Counted from the first letter of the whole stretch, positions 25,081 through 37,645 are shown. The stretch is DNA of 61,446 nucleotides, filler included, from Sphacelaria rigidula (GCA_964200075.2; 11 parts of 11 records of this genome joined end to end with filler, not necessarily neighbours in it); one strand, 5' to 3'. The notes: a model not told the origin generated them from the sequence alone. Program-made: numbers and translations.

Positions 25081-25729
25081 GCAATAGAAGAAAACGGTCA
25101 GAGTTGTAGCGTCTTGGACAGGCGTTATAGCTGAGTTTCAAATTTTGTATCCTGTGATCCGCTGCACGATCAAGCGACCACAACCCACAGCAGCTCATCC
25201 TCAAGTAAGCGCCACCACCACTACTGAAGAAAACACGACGGCCGCAATCATCCTACCTTACTCGAGCCTGGTTCAGTACGCACTCGATAGTGTACACCCG
25301 TATCACGGCAGCACACTCAGCCCCAACATCTTCAAGGCACTGGGGCATCGCCATCGCCTATAGCGTGCTGAGCGTATGGCGCGTTGTCTCCACAGGTTGA
25401 AGCCATACGGCTTTTCAAGGCTAAAGTCGTCCACTCACTTGATGTAGCCTTCTGCCGCACAGTCCATGCACGTGTTTGTAGCTTTTTGCTGCCAGCATGC
25501 TCTAGGCGATGGCGACGCCCGGGCGTGCCTTGAGGACGTTGGGGCTATTTGTGTTGCTGGATACGCATGTACCCTGCCGAGTACTCGCTGAACCAGACTC
25601 ACGGTGGTATCACGACCGCAGCCAAGCCAGCGACTTTCGCTTCGCTGTGAACGCGAAATGCTGAACCAATTCTCCTCGGAATTCGTGGAATCCAACCTTT
25701 TCCGTCGGCTCCGGCCCTTGTCGTAGTCG

Positions 25730-26500
25730 TGGTAGTCACCACCGGCACCGGCCCACTCCAGGTCAACCACCATCTCGTCCATGCTGTCGCACGTGTGCAG
25801 CATGTTGTGTATGATGCAACATATCTGGAAGATGTGTTGTCGATCTTGTCCACAGTCTGGAACGGCATAGATCCCCGCAGCATCCTGAAGCGTGCTTTCA
25901 GCATCCCGAAGAAACATTCGTCATCCTTGCGAACGCTCTAGAGTTTCTCGGTTCACTCGATTTCCTCAAATGTCGCAGATTTGATGGCGGATATGAGCAC
26001 CTCCCGCTTCAAAACGCTACAGGGGTGCGCGGGAATTTCGGAGTTAGTGTTGTGCGGAATGTGGTGCATATGACCGATGAACACGGAAAGGTAGCCACCC
26101 TGCGTTCTCAGCCCATGTCACCGAAGCGGGTGAAGTATAAACGGGTCAAGACACGATCGTCGCGCCAGGAAATTGTCACGATCAGTGGCGCAGCTGCGAT
26201 CTTTTCCATTCAACAAGGAAGTGGGCTTGCTCTTTCGGAGGAAGTCTCGACACGTTTGCTGCATCGCTTCCCGCGATCATGACGAAACGCCCGGTCCGTC
26301 GAACAGTTGATATGGGAAAACTTTCAAGTATGACGAGGAATACGTACAGGGCATCGCACCTTGGACGACGATCCCCAACATCTTCCATGACGATGGATAA
26401 CTGTCACGAATTTCGCACATCCGCGCGTGGCGTGATGGGTAGTATCCACACCCGCCAGGTCGGCGTTAATGTATCCCGATCTTGTCCCATCGATTGTCTT
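25730..26500 (-). pseudogene. Decayed PIF/Harbinger-type DDE transposase
   Basis: Reads ...EE(I)E*TEKL*SVRKDDECFFGMLKARFRML...DKIDN, then after a frameshift FQICCIILHNML-like IFQICCIIHNML; matches the E..FG.LK.RFR.L...C.LHN C-terminal signature; contains stops and frameshifts. Confidence 0.75.
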
Positions 26501-26680
26501 CTTTTTTTTTCGGTCCGTGGTCTCAAGGTGTTCCCTCGTGTGCGTGTGTTCGTAACTGCTCCATTGTATGGCCTCCTTCGCCGTCATCACTTCTACACTC
26601 CCGTTGTGGTCTATCCTCCCTTTCTCTACCCATATAATATGTTCCCATATATGTGTTCCCTCTTCCCGGGTGTGTAGAAA

Positions 26681-26882
26681 TCAGGGTTGCGTATGGGACC
26701 GAGAATAAAGTTCGATACGACGTTTTTAAAATACCGACCCACAACAGCCGATACCGATATTTTTGTCGATATTCCGAAATTGATACGATACGTATCGAGT
26801 ATCGATATTTCGATACGATACGGCTGTTTTGGTTATGGCCCCAGTATGCAAGACCGGGCGGTGCTGGCACACTGGCACCCTC
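26681..26882. repeat. CGATAC/GTATCG-rich small repeat (MITE-like); related sequence at 45350-45465
   Basis: Multiple CGATACGA/TCGTATCG motifs; starts CAGGGTTGC. Confidence 0.5.
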
Positions 26883-27717
26883 ACTTACTATATTAGGTTG
26901 CACAAGATACCACATCCCCTAGACTGATTTTCAAAGCTTTTTGACTCCTCACCAGGAACGAGACCGGGGCTGAACTGGGCGGCGTTGCAACGATCTCGTC
27001 GAGATCTTTCCAAAACGTGTCGTTTGATGTTGGCACCCACTTCGTTGTGGAGTAATCGAATTTTGGCAGTCGCTCCTGAGGCTGTGGTATCTTAGGTAAC
27101 CTACGGTAGTTCACAGTTTACAGCAGTGGACACATGATGTACAGCACCGGTAGTGTGCAATTTGACATCATAGTAGCGGCGGCATGTGGTGATGCAGCTG
27201 TGGAACGAATATCTTTCGTCGTCGTGCAAGAGGTGGGTGATCACAGCGAGCCGGGTGTATTATTGATAATATTTATTTTAGCGGCCATGGTGCTGTGTTT
27301 CGACCGAATGAGTGCATACCTCGACTCTGCAAATTCTATAAAAAAGAAAAGTGCCATGCCTTGAACACGCGCAAACGCGAAGGCGCTCTTGTTTTTTTCT
27401 CGTGTGTGTTACTGTCAATAACATGAAACGTCGGCAGCATGCGTCGAATTTCAATTTTCGGATGCAAAACAGTATATATATACGCGTAGACTAAGCGTCT
27501 GCTTGGTCGGGATGAAGAAAAAAAAAGAAACGAAACAAGCGCCAAAAGCAGCATGTTGATTGATCGCCGGTCGGGTCAATGGTTGGGATGACTATTAATA
27601 ATCGAGATGTTGCTTTTGGACGGTTTATTTCGACCCTCGCTTCTTTTTCTAGTCTCATTGGGGTAGGCCCCAAATGCCAACGATCACGAAGAAAAAACAA
27701 GAAGCTTGCAACAGTTC

Positions 27718-27876
27718 AAGGGTCGGACAAATCAATGATTCGTCTGGAAATCACTTGGTTTTAGCGTAAATGATTCGAATCGTATGAACCAATCCCTAGG
27801 ATTCGTTTTCAGCGTTGCAACCCAGGTACACGCGGCCTAGACACGTGGAATAGCGCAAAAGTTGCGTGGATACCCC
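27718..27876 (-). repeat. Partial copy of the MITE at 49454-49711
   Basis: Reverse complement of 49552-49711 over about 160 bp. Confidence 0.85.
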
Positions 27877-29292
27877 NNNNNNNNNNNNNNNNNNNNNNNN
27901 NNNNNNNNNNNNNNNNNNNNTTAATTAATTAANNNNNNNNNNNNNNNNNNNNNNNNNNNNNNNNNNNNNNNNNNNNAGAAATGGGACTTCAACCTCATTT
28001 TATGTTTCAACCTCAAAAATTAGGATCGGCTGTTATTTCGTTCTCTGAAGCTCTGAGAAGCCAGCACTTCGTCTTTACCTGATTTTAGCGTACATGTTTT
28101 CCGCCGATGATACATACCCCTTCGCTTGCGTTTTATTGGACAAGAAGGCGCGTTCTGTTTCTGCTTAGGTTTTGAGTACATATTCACTTTCTCACTACCG
28201 TCATCCTTCTCAACCGCTCTTCATTTATACGTGGAATCGGCGTCATTTTCGCCTGAAAATTGAATCGACATCATGTGTTGAAGCGTGAATGATGAGAAGA
28301 CTATAGAGTGACCTGCTGGCGACTTGACCCATCTATCCTGCTCGATGATGAAAACCTAAAATAAGGATTGCCACTCAGTCGGCGAGTCGCCCTTGCAGAT
28401 AAAAAGGCCTATCATCAGTTTCTGAGAACAATTCCAATATCATCACCCGATGATACTGAACGGCACTCAGTTCCCAGTCACCATCGAGTTCGACGCCATC
28501 TATCATTCATCGAGGAACGACCTGCATGCTGAACGCTGTGTGTGCATGCCTCTTTATCGCAGCTAGAGTGATGACAGGGGAACAGGCAAGGGCATTTCAA
28601 TGTGTGTGCCACTCTAGGCTAAATACGGTACGTTACCAGCAGCAAAGTTTGCAGATGCCCTACGGAGCGGATGCCCTGATTACATGGGACGCTCCGCACA
28701 CGTCTAAGTAGCGTCCAACATTTATTTCCTGTTTGCGACACATGTTCTTTTGAGAATCGAAAGAGACGACACAACATCGTGAATCATGCCACCACTCTCG
28801 ACTGAACACAGTCTTCCTTTCGGGGCAGGGCTTGCACACCTTGGCCATGTTTTGATCTTGCACTCATGTCCTATAATAGTCTCAACTGTACTTCATTTTG
28901 TCCTGTCTCTGCACTGCTGCTTGCTGCAGCTGCTGCCACTACTTTTCGGTACATGAGAGTTGTTTGTTCATCATGAGCGGCCGGATGCTGCAATTATTTT
29001 CACTTCTTTTCCGAATTTGAATCGGCATCATCTCAGCCGGTGCTGACCCGTTGTGCATGTACTATGCGTGCGTCTCACACAAATCATCGCATTCTCGTTA
29101 AACCTGCACAGATTTGTGCAAGGTCACGCACAACGTGCTCAGCTGATGAGCATCCACGAAATTTCTTCAAAGTATGCCATAACATGCCATTATTCGACGC
29201 ACATAACTATCACCAATGCTCACGTATCTTGGCTATCGATCCACTAAGCATGGCAACGACAGCCGCCGAAACCCGTGTATTTTATGTAGATC

Positions 29293-29530
29293 GAGTGATG
29301 CCGCGATGCCCCTCCCGCCAAACCAGTCCCGAAATTGTCACGAAGAAAGCGGACATACAGGGCAGGATAGCTGGTTTCAGACTGCAAAAAGGGCCTCATA
29401 TGGGTGACATTGGCAAAAACGGCCGCACTGCTTGGTGTACTCTCTGCTTTTGTCATCTTTATTCACAACATGTTGACATTGCTTCCTCAAACCAACCGTT
29501 TTTATGGGGGGGGATGTCGCGGCATCACTC
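29293..29530. mobile_element. Complete Sola2-like MITE (GAG...CTC termini, 4-bp TSD)
   Basis: TIR GAGTGATGCCGCGAT / GTCGCGGCATCACTC; flanks GATC / TATC. Confidence 0.75.
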
Positions 29531-30131
29531 TATCGTATAAATCCAACTCATGCAGGGCGACTTCTGCTTCATGCTATTTCGGCACCTTTCAGCCCTCTCT
29601 CTCCTCGATCCTGTAGGCCCGCGCGTCGCACAGTCAGCCACCATATTATGTTGACCCACTTCCGTGCTACTACTAGCGTTTTGTGCCGAAAGGGGGGTGT
29701 TATCGGTAACAGTTCACTATGACCGCCACATCGTATATAGTGTTGCTCGGCCAGAAGATATGGTATGTACGCGCGATAAACACAAGAGCAACAGGAGACA
29801 AGGAAAGACAGCGTCCGTCCATCGTCAAGAAGAGCCGTACTGGAGCTTGAGGTTCCGGAAGCCGGCGACGAGCTGGCGCATCTCCGCGTGGCTGTCGCAC
29901 GTCATCTGAGCGAGATGCAATGTAGAAGGTGGAGCGCCGGCCGAAAAGGGACATAAGAATGTGTTGTTTGTCCGTGAATCATGCTTACGATATAGCACTG
30001 TTGGCATTATGAAGCGGCTGTTAATCCTCGGCAGACGCTTGTTGTGGTAAAGTTCTGCCACTTATATTGGGGACATTATTCTGCACCCTCGTGCATGCTA
30101 CTTTTTTAGCACTTTATTATTAATACCAGCA

Positions 30132-30388
30132 GAGCAATGCTACGGTAGGGGTGCACTTTTTTCGCGAAATTATGTCTAGTTCAGGGGCTCCTAAGGGTTC
30201 TAGATGCACAAAAATATGGGTCAGGGCATCACCGTTTGAAAATTCATTCGGGATATTCCTAGCACATTGGAGTAGTAATCCTGGCGTACTTTCACATATT
30301 TCCATAGGTCGTGTTTAGCATGAGATGAAGGTCTCCTAACAATTCTAACCTCAGAAAAAAAATGTACACCCCTCCCGTAGCATGACTC
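30132..30388. mobile_element. MITE with ~31-bp TIRs, GAG...CTC termini and 4-bp TSD AGCA (Sola2-like)
   Basis: AGCA|GAGCAATGCTACGGTAGGGGTGCACTTTTTT ... AAAAAATGTACACCCCTCCCGTAGCATGACTC|AGCA. Confidence 0.8.
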
Positions 30389-31490
30389 AGCACTGCTCGT
30401 AATCATGGTCTCTCGACGGGAGCAATCGCACTGTACTGTTGTTTTCAACCTGACATATTATTAGTTGCAAAGTGATACATTATCGCTTCTACAGGCATAC
30501 ATGAATGGAAAGTCCAGAGAGACTGTCTTCACAATCAGGGCCTTGAGGAAAACACAGATTATTTGTCATTCGCATCAGAACTATGCATTCGCGAGAAAAA
30601 GACCAAAACTTCGGATAGATAGGCGATAGAATAGTTATGAGAACTGATGAGTCGATACACATGGAAATCGGACAGACGGAAGTAGAGGCTACGTCGGTTC
30701 TCAACGAGTGATGCCGCGATACCCCCCCCCAAAAAAAGGGATCTAAGATAATAAAGACCCGGTGGAGTTCAAATGGAAATAGGGAGAGGAGGAATCAACT
30801 GCCGATCATAGACCAGTATACATACCTGAAATGGGGAGAAGAGCAATCAACTGCCGATCGTAGACCAGTATACATACCTTGGCGTAGAAATCTAAAACAA
30901 ATGTTCTTGGGATGCGCATATAATAGATGAAGCAATAGAAAAAGGTAAGGCACGGATAGGCAGGATGGACGTGATCCTCAGGGACTCGCACCTAGATACT
31001 AGGATCCAGATATGCATCCTGATGAATGTGATTGTGCCAAAGCTGAAACATGCAGGAGAACTATGGAAGGGGAACGGGAAATTGGTGAAGAAGTTGGGAA
31101 CAGTACAGATGGCAGCAGCTAAGAAAATAGTTGGATGCTCGAAAACGACGAGGAACACAGTTTTGAGAGCAGACTTGGGAATATACTCACTCAAAACAAA
31201 CAGAGACACGAGGAAATTGAGATGGCAATATAGCGTGAAAAACATGCAGAGAAGGATATTGCCAGCCATAGTTGATACGTCTGTACGGAAGACAATTACG
31301 GAAGGGCAGGCTGGAATAAGGTGGGATAGAGAAATCGAGACAGCGGTGAAGGAACTAGGAGGAAACCAAGACGAGATAATGCCCACAGAGGAAGGCGCGG
31401 GGTATAAGACAAAAGTAAGAGACATGATAGAAACAAGGGGGCAAGGAGCGCTCAGATGCAAAGTGGATGAGGAAAAATACCGGAAGATAT

Positions 31491-32174
31491 AAACAGCCGA
31501 TCATCGAAATTGAGAATGGAGCTTTTCATTTAGGATGAGAACCCGGATAATTCGAATCTTCCACACGTCGGACAGGTCATGAGTTAACTCAGTTCTGTGG
31601 TGTAATCCATCCAGTTGGAAAAGGTACTGCTGAGCTATACAGCAAGCACGGTTCAGCTGGTGGAAAATGGTACCGCTGAGCTATATAATATAGCTCTGCC
31701 AGTGGAAATAGATACCGCTGAGTTATACAGTATATCTCAGCAGCTGAGATATACGAAAATGAGTTAGATGAGATTAATTGTCCGACGTGTGAAATCTTCG
31801 TATCCCCACCAAACCTTCGAAATATGGTTCCATTCCCTCACCTACTGGTAGCTATTGACAACTGCTACACGCCCTACGGATTTGGATTTCGATAGCCGAA
31901 ATGTTGGGATCCTAGATGAAGAAACAATATTGGGGAACTTGGGTGATCCGATCGGATCGCCGAACTTCCCCGGAATTACTTTTTCACCCAGGACTCCAAC
32001 ATTTCGGTTATCGAAATCCAACTTTGTATGACGTATAGTTCTCGTCAATAGCTACCAGCAGGTGAAGTAATAGAGCCATATTTTGAAGATTTGGTGTGGA
32101 TACGAAGATTTGAATCCTCCGGGTTCTCGTCTTCAATAAAAAGCTCCATCCTCAATTTCGATGATCGGCGGTTC
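31491..32174. mobile_element. Fully palindromic foldback MITE inserted in the LINE ORF (AT duplication)
   Basis: Termini AAACAGCCGATCATCGAAATTGAG / CTCAATTTCGATGATCGGCGGTTC; symmetry centre GATCCGATCGGATC near 31952; excision restores AAG ATA TAC GGG (KIYG) in frame. Confidence 0.85.
31562..31791. mobile_element. hAT-like mini-element nested in the foldback MITE
   Basis: 13-bp perfect TIR CACACGTCGGACA/TGTCCGACGTGTG; 8-bp TSD GAATCTTC/AAATCTTC; the empty site is visible in the 44490-44661 copy. Confidence 0.85.
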
Positions 32175-33624
32175 ATACGGGGGGTTGAGAGAGGGGATAG
32201 GGGTGACAACACATCTGCATGACCCAATGGACGCGGCGAAGAATCTGAAACTGCAACTTCGGGAGGGGGACCTGGACCTGCCAGAAAGAAGAGAGAGATT
32301 TACCAGTAGTCGAGAGGAAGAGGAAGTAGATGCAAAGAATTGCCCCTGTGGCAAAACAATAGAGAGCAGAAGTCATATAGTGGCAGAATGTGAACTATAC
32401 AAGGAGGAAAGGGGCGTGCTAGAGGGGGAAATGCGGGACGTGAACGAAGGTGGCATGAAATCGTTTGATGCAATTGATAGTAGTGAAAAACGATGGCTAT
32501 ACTAGGAGATAGATGGTGGCCACAGAAGGCGAAACAGGACGGGGATACAACATATAATTTGTTGTGTAATGTCTGGAAGAAACATAATAAGCACCTGAAT
32601 GTTAGAGATGTCTCTATTAGGAGTAGGAACGGTACTCCGTCTCGAAAGGGATGCGTGGTCAATGGTCGAACGACTAGGGCAAGCAACAAATGAGTACGCC
32701 CCCCCTTCAAAAGGGCCAAAAAACTGTCTCGAAGAAATGACCACACATACAGCGCATCGAGATGATGAATGGCTTCAGAAACCAGGTCTTGAAATTTACT
32801 ATGAAGTGCAGATCTTGATAATTGTTTTGAAGAAGGCAAATGCAGCCGATTTTAGAAACTAGGTCCGAATATCTCACACGTAGATTTCTCCCCGGTTCTC
32901 ATTCCACGTTTCTGGGGGGAGGCTACCGCGGTATCACTCCAACGCTGCGTCCTGAGTGACGATCCGTATATTTTTCTTCATATAACCTTTGAGACAATAA
33001 TTCTACAACTGTTATCAATATGATATGATAATGATAATTATTATTGTAACTGTTATTATCGAGCATTACCATTAATATCATCACAACTATTGTTATTGCT
33101 AACTATTGAAAGTATCATATTCAGTATTTGAGGTGGTGAAAAAAGAATCAAAATATAAACATATCATTGCCATCATTATCACTGTCATTAGAGGGTTTCG
33201 AAAACAAGTTTTTTGTCGGCGTGACGTTCGTCGGCGTATATCTGACACTTCTATGATAGCCCCCCCGTAAAAAAAAAACAGCCCAAAAGTGTCACAAAAA
33301 AAATTGTCATACGGCGCCTGATGTTTGGGTTCGGACTGCATGAAGCGCTTCATATGGGCGACATTGGTGAGAACGAACCCAAGCGTGGGAATTCTCCGCT
33401 GCTCGTCTTACTCGACTTTTTTCATTTCGATTTACGTGAAGATTATGCCTCCCCAAACCGGGCACTTTTCGNNNNNNNNNNNNNNNNNNNNNNNNNNNNN
33501 NNNNNNNNNNNNNNNTTAATTAATTAANNNNNNNNNNNNNNNNNNNNNNNNNNNNNNNNNNNNNNNNNNNNGATCAAAGCCACTCTCAATCAGCGCTCTA
33601 CTCTCGATCTCACGCACACTTTTT

Positions 33625-33805
33625 TTTTTCCCTTCATGGAAGGAGGAAACCCAACCAAACACTTACCCCGCAAGCGATTGCAGAGCCGATCACCCGAAGG
33701 CTCGGCTAGACCACCTCGCGGCGGTCATACGGGGAAGGCGCTTCGAGCGGTGGCTTAAGGCAGTGTGGGGGATGCTCCCACTAAAACCTCCCGTCAACTT
33801 GCCGT
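33625..33805 (+). repeat. Unclassified dispersed repeat (homologous to 10138-10330)
   Basis: Collinear conserved blocks, see 10138-10330. Confidence 0.75.
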
Positions 33806-36800
33806 AGTACACGCGCCGCCCTGCTCTGAAGAGCTTCGGCCCTAGGTAACACGTTGTTTATCATCTTTTGGTACAAAAACACTACTATACAATTGTTGTA
33901 CTGTACCGAGATGTACAACAAGCGAACATGCCAGGAGCTATCCGGTGATCGTTCACTTCGACAATCTCAGGCAGAAGGCGTGGCGTGTGGTGGTCCAGAT
34001 TGGAGTCATGCTTGGGCGTCAACTGGAGCCGCCTGTAGGAGTTCGAAACATACTTGTCCCCAGTTATCATCATGGGGGTATGCCTACACCGTAAAAATTT
34101 GCCAGATTGTTGGAATAGGGCTCCGATGTGTCGATTCGATTCTTTGCGGGAGAGCTTTTACAAAACACTCAAACTTTGTTGTTCCCGGAATTTCAATTAT
34201 GAACACTTACGGCTTTTCGACGTGGACGGATAAGCCCTCGAATATTTCCATATCATTTGACTAGCAGTCTACTCTGACAGTTTTCCCCTCGTTTTATTTC
34301 GGTCACCGGCGACCACAGCTGTTTCAGTTTTTACATCAACTGTTTGGGCTGAAAACTTCAACGGATGTCTTGGAGATGATCTCGAGATATAATGGTCTGT
34401 TTGATTTGTCAGCTCATAGCTGTCACTCCGGAAAACGAAACGGGCCTGGAAAAACGTGTAGTATAGAGGTATTTGATTAATTGAAAACCATAAATTCCCA
34501 ATTTCAGCACAATAGACAATACAGTGATGCCCGTGAATGAAGGCCCGGGCGACCAGAAATCCGTGGGCATAAAACGATGACAAGAAACGCGGAGGAATGA
34601 TGAGGGAAAATGAAGACGTCATTGATAGACTGGTCGGACCTGTGCCGAACCTGTGCCGAATCTTTGCCAAACAGAACACAAGCCCCATCCCAAGTTACCT
34701 AGGTTTAGTATACGACAGCTGTAACTTTTCATCGCGTTTTTCCCGAGACAGGAAGCAAACCGGTCTGTGGCACTTCACAGCCCCCCGCACACACACTACA
34801 CCTAGTCAGTGTAGCGGCGGAGTTGCTCAATTCGCTCCGGAAAGCCCCAGAACGTTGAAGGAAACGCAGTTTTGAGTACATTCTATGTTTGGTGCAGCGT
34901 TTTGCAAAGGGCTGCAGCCTCTGCGGCACGCGTTACGGAAAGCCGCCGCCACACTGACTAGTTCTGGTGTGTAGAAAGCGCACGCATCATACCGTAGTCC
35001 AATTCTCTGCTTCCTTGCCGAGAAAATTTCATTGGAAGATAAGCACAACAATATACTACAACAAGAGGGGCACAACAACAACACGGGCAGCAGCTTCTAC
35101 CCTCCTGTTAATGTAACCCTGTGTGCAGGTGTACAGCAACGTCAGTCACAGGTTTGTTGTAGAATGCACTATAATAATAGTACATTTTGTATGACCGTCG
35201 TCGTAACTGTAAGTGACGCGTGTACTTGTTATTGATACTGTTTGGCTTCATCTATTTTGCATTCAAAGCAATGTTTTCGAACAGCGTGGATTCGAGTTTG
35301 AGGTTCATCATTTGGGAGACGTTAAAGTTATCATCGAAATTTCATTTATTTCGTCCAATAGGCTCGGGATATACGCAAGCAGTCTCGACCATAGCATTTG
35401 TGCCAGAGGTTTTCATCCGGCAGCCCAAGCATGATAAGCAGTTCACCACCGTCAGGGTGCGGCAATTCTTGAGCAGGACGTGCCCCTAAGCGCTATAGAA
35501 CACGCAACAGGGCGATGTCCCTGTCGCGCAACTGCCGCTGACGCAAGTACGGTTCTTCCCGTTTGCGTGCGTGCATATTTTCGAAGTGCGGAGCAGGGGA
35601 ATATAGCAGCGAGGTACTCGCCTGCTGCGCCGACACGAGCGTGAGCTACCGCACCTCCTGTAACGTCTACAGCTCGTGAAGTGGTGGGTATATCTAAGCG
35701 CATAGCTGATCGAAAGAAAATATGCTGCAAACAACCTTCTTTGGACTAGTCATCGAGTTTTCGAGCGCCTCTTGTTCACAAAAGTATCTGAGAGAGACTT
35801 CATACTGTTGACTGATGCCGAGATAGCCCCCCCACAAAACGTGCACCGGAGACCGTCCGACAAACCGGCTGCGATCCTACTATTAGTGGGCTCGTATACA
35901 GCGATTTCGCCCACATGAGAGGCATGTAGCAGTCCGAAATCAGCTATAACGTCCAAATGAGTCGCGTCGTGCAGCACGAAACCAGTTCTAATGGCATCTA
36001 TGATCATTGCCTCCGTGCACTTTTTGGCTGGTTTTTGGGGAGGGGGGGGCTATCTTAGCAGCAGTCTGTTGCCGCCGGCGAAGATCGCGGTCTGCAAAGC
36101 GATCCAACACGGCGACAGACGCCAGTGATCTTTGAAACGCGGCATTCAGCAGTCTGGTGAGATACACTATCACCAGAGTACGGCATCATGACGTACGTAG
36201 TTGCTCGTGGCACCAGACCCTCCTGTGGTTGTGACCAAGAATACACAGTACAAAGAAGCCACTCGTCGAGCAGTCCTTCCACTTATTATGTCAACAGTCA
36301 AATGTGATGATACTAAGCCCCCGGCAGCCCCGGGGGAAAATATAGTCAGTTGAATGAAACGGACCAGATAAAAGCTTCACACACACAATGAGGAGGTGAA
36401 AACTCCCACGCTTGGGGTGCTTTCGCCACTAGCGCCCATGAGAGGCGCTTCATCCAGTCTGACCCAGCTATTATGCCTTGTATGGCCACTTTCTTCTTGG
36501 CAGTGTTGGGAGCTGGTTTCGGGGTTGGCTGTCGAGGCATCGTGCAGCATGCTTGCGAACTGCGAGCCGTTTTTTTTTTAATTTACAACCCGAAGACGAG
36601 GTAGCAAACAAACGAATACAGTCACCTCTCGTCATTTTCGTAGGCTGACGGTCATTGTATAGTTTTTCAAAATATATCTATTCTTCCTCACAGAAAGGGG
36701 GTCTGAACCAGCCAGGAAAAGTGCTGGGTCGATCTTCCTCAGATATGGCGAGAAACAATTGCACAGTTTTTTGCAGAACATCGCTAGAAATGAAACATGT

Positions 36801-37114
36801 AAAACAGTATTCAGGGGTACTGCAGTACATATTTCCCTGTTTAGAATCGAAGTTTCCTTGCTTGAACGGTTTATACCAGTTGCAATGGACGATTGGTTTC
36901 CTCGAATATCATCCGTCCCTTCACGACTTTACCTTGGTGCTCCAGATTGCAGCATGGAGGCACCCCCATAAGCCACGTCACCAACAGTTAGGTCACCACC
37001 ATGAGTATCTTTTTTCACTCCGCATAACAAGAAGGTCTCTACAAGTGTTTAATTTCCCATACATCGCCCCAATTGGCGTGTGGAACGCTCTTGTCTTCGC
37101 GTACGCACAGGTAC

Positions 37115-37351
37115 TGTGGCGAAATAACGCCCTTACATTGAGTTGGTAGTGATGATCTGGATAATGGCCAGGGACACTAGGTTGATACCCTGGCGTGTCT
37201 AGGAGGCTGTTCTTACGAGAGCACTCCTGAATAATTAGAATGTTGTGAAGGCTGACAACTGAAATTGAGGCCAGTAAGACTGGGGAGTCCCTCAACAGCA
37301 GTGATACAACAGTGCTTCCAATGGCTGGCGTCACAATATCGGTATTAGTGC
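37115..37351 (+). mobile_element. Putative 5' LTR (TG...CA, 37115-37335) and degenerate tRNA-iMet primer-binding site
   Basis: TGTGGCG...CGTCACA termini; CGGTATTAGTGC at 37340-37351 matches canonical TGGTATCAGAGC at 9/12; lies upstream of gag. The left boundary is tentative. Confidence 0.5.
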
Positions 37352-37645
37352 TAGTGCTAGTACTAGCGTTAGTGCTAGAAATCTGCTGGAAAGGATTTCG
37401 GTAGGAGTCTGGGAGCTGTGGAAACCTGATACACCACGGACGCGTGGAGAGGGTTCAAGCTGATGTAGCTGCAGAAAGGCGACTGGCCTGTGATTGATCT
37501 AGACGGGAGACTTGCTGAAGCTGCGTGCAGCGGGAGTTTGGAGGCTCCTACGACTGTGTGGTGCGGCGACGAAGCAAGGGAAGTGCAATTCGTGAAGGTC
37601 CGCTGGCCTGCAGGGGTTCGTAGGTAGCCGGTTACAGCTACAACT

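Larger units (their letters stand above)
30741..32705 (+). mobile_element. 5'-truncated non-LTR retrotransposon: RT C-terminus (YTYLGV), thumb region, C-terminal CxC-x7-H-x4-C zinc motif; decayed and interrupted
   Basis: DQYTYLGVEI..., VIVPKLKHAGELW...QMAAAKKIVGCS...LRADLG, CPCGKTIESRSHIVAEC, ending GCVVNGRTTRASNK* then GTACGCCCCCCC. Confidence 0.85.
30706..32939. mobile_element. Sola2-like MITE split by a LINE insertion
   Basis: CAAC|GAGTGATGCCGCGATACCCCC ... GGGGGGAGGCTACCGCGGTATCACTC|CAAC. Confidence 0.75.

Noticed and set aside
29141..29165. CTGATGAG...CGAAA hammerhead-like core
   Set aside because: No convincing stems I/III, and homologous copies at 12700 and 13076 lack the GAAA
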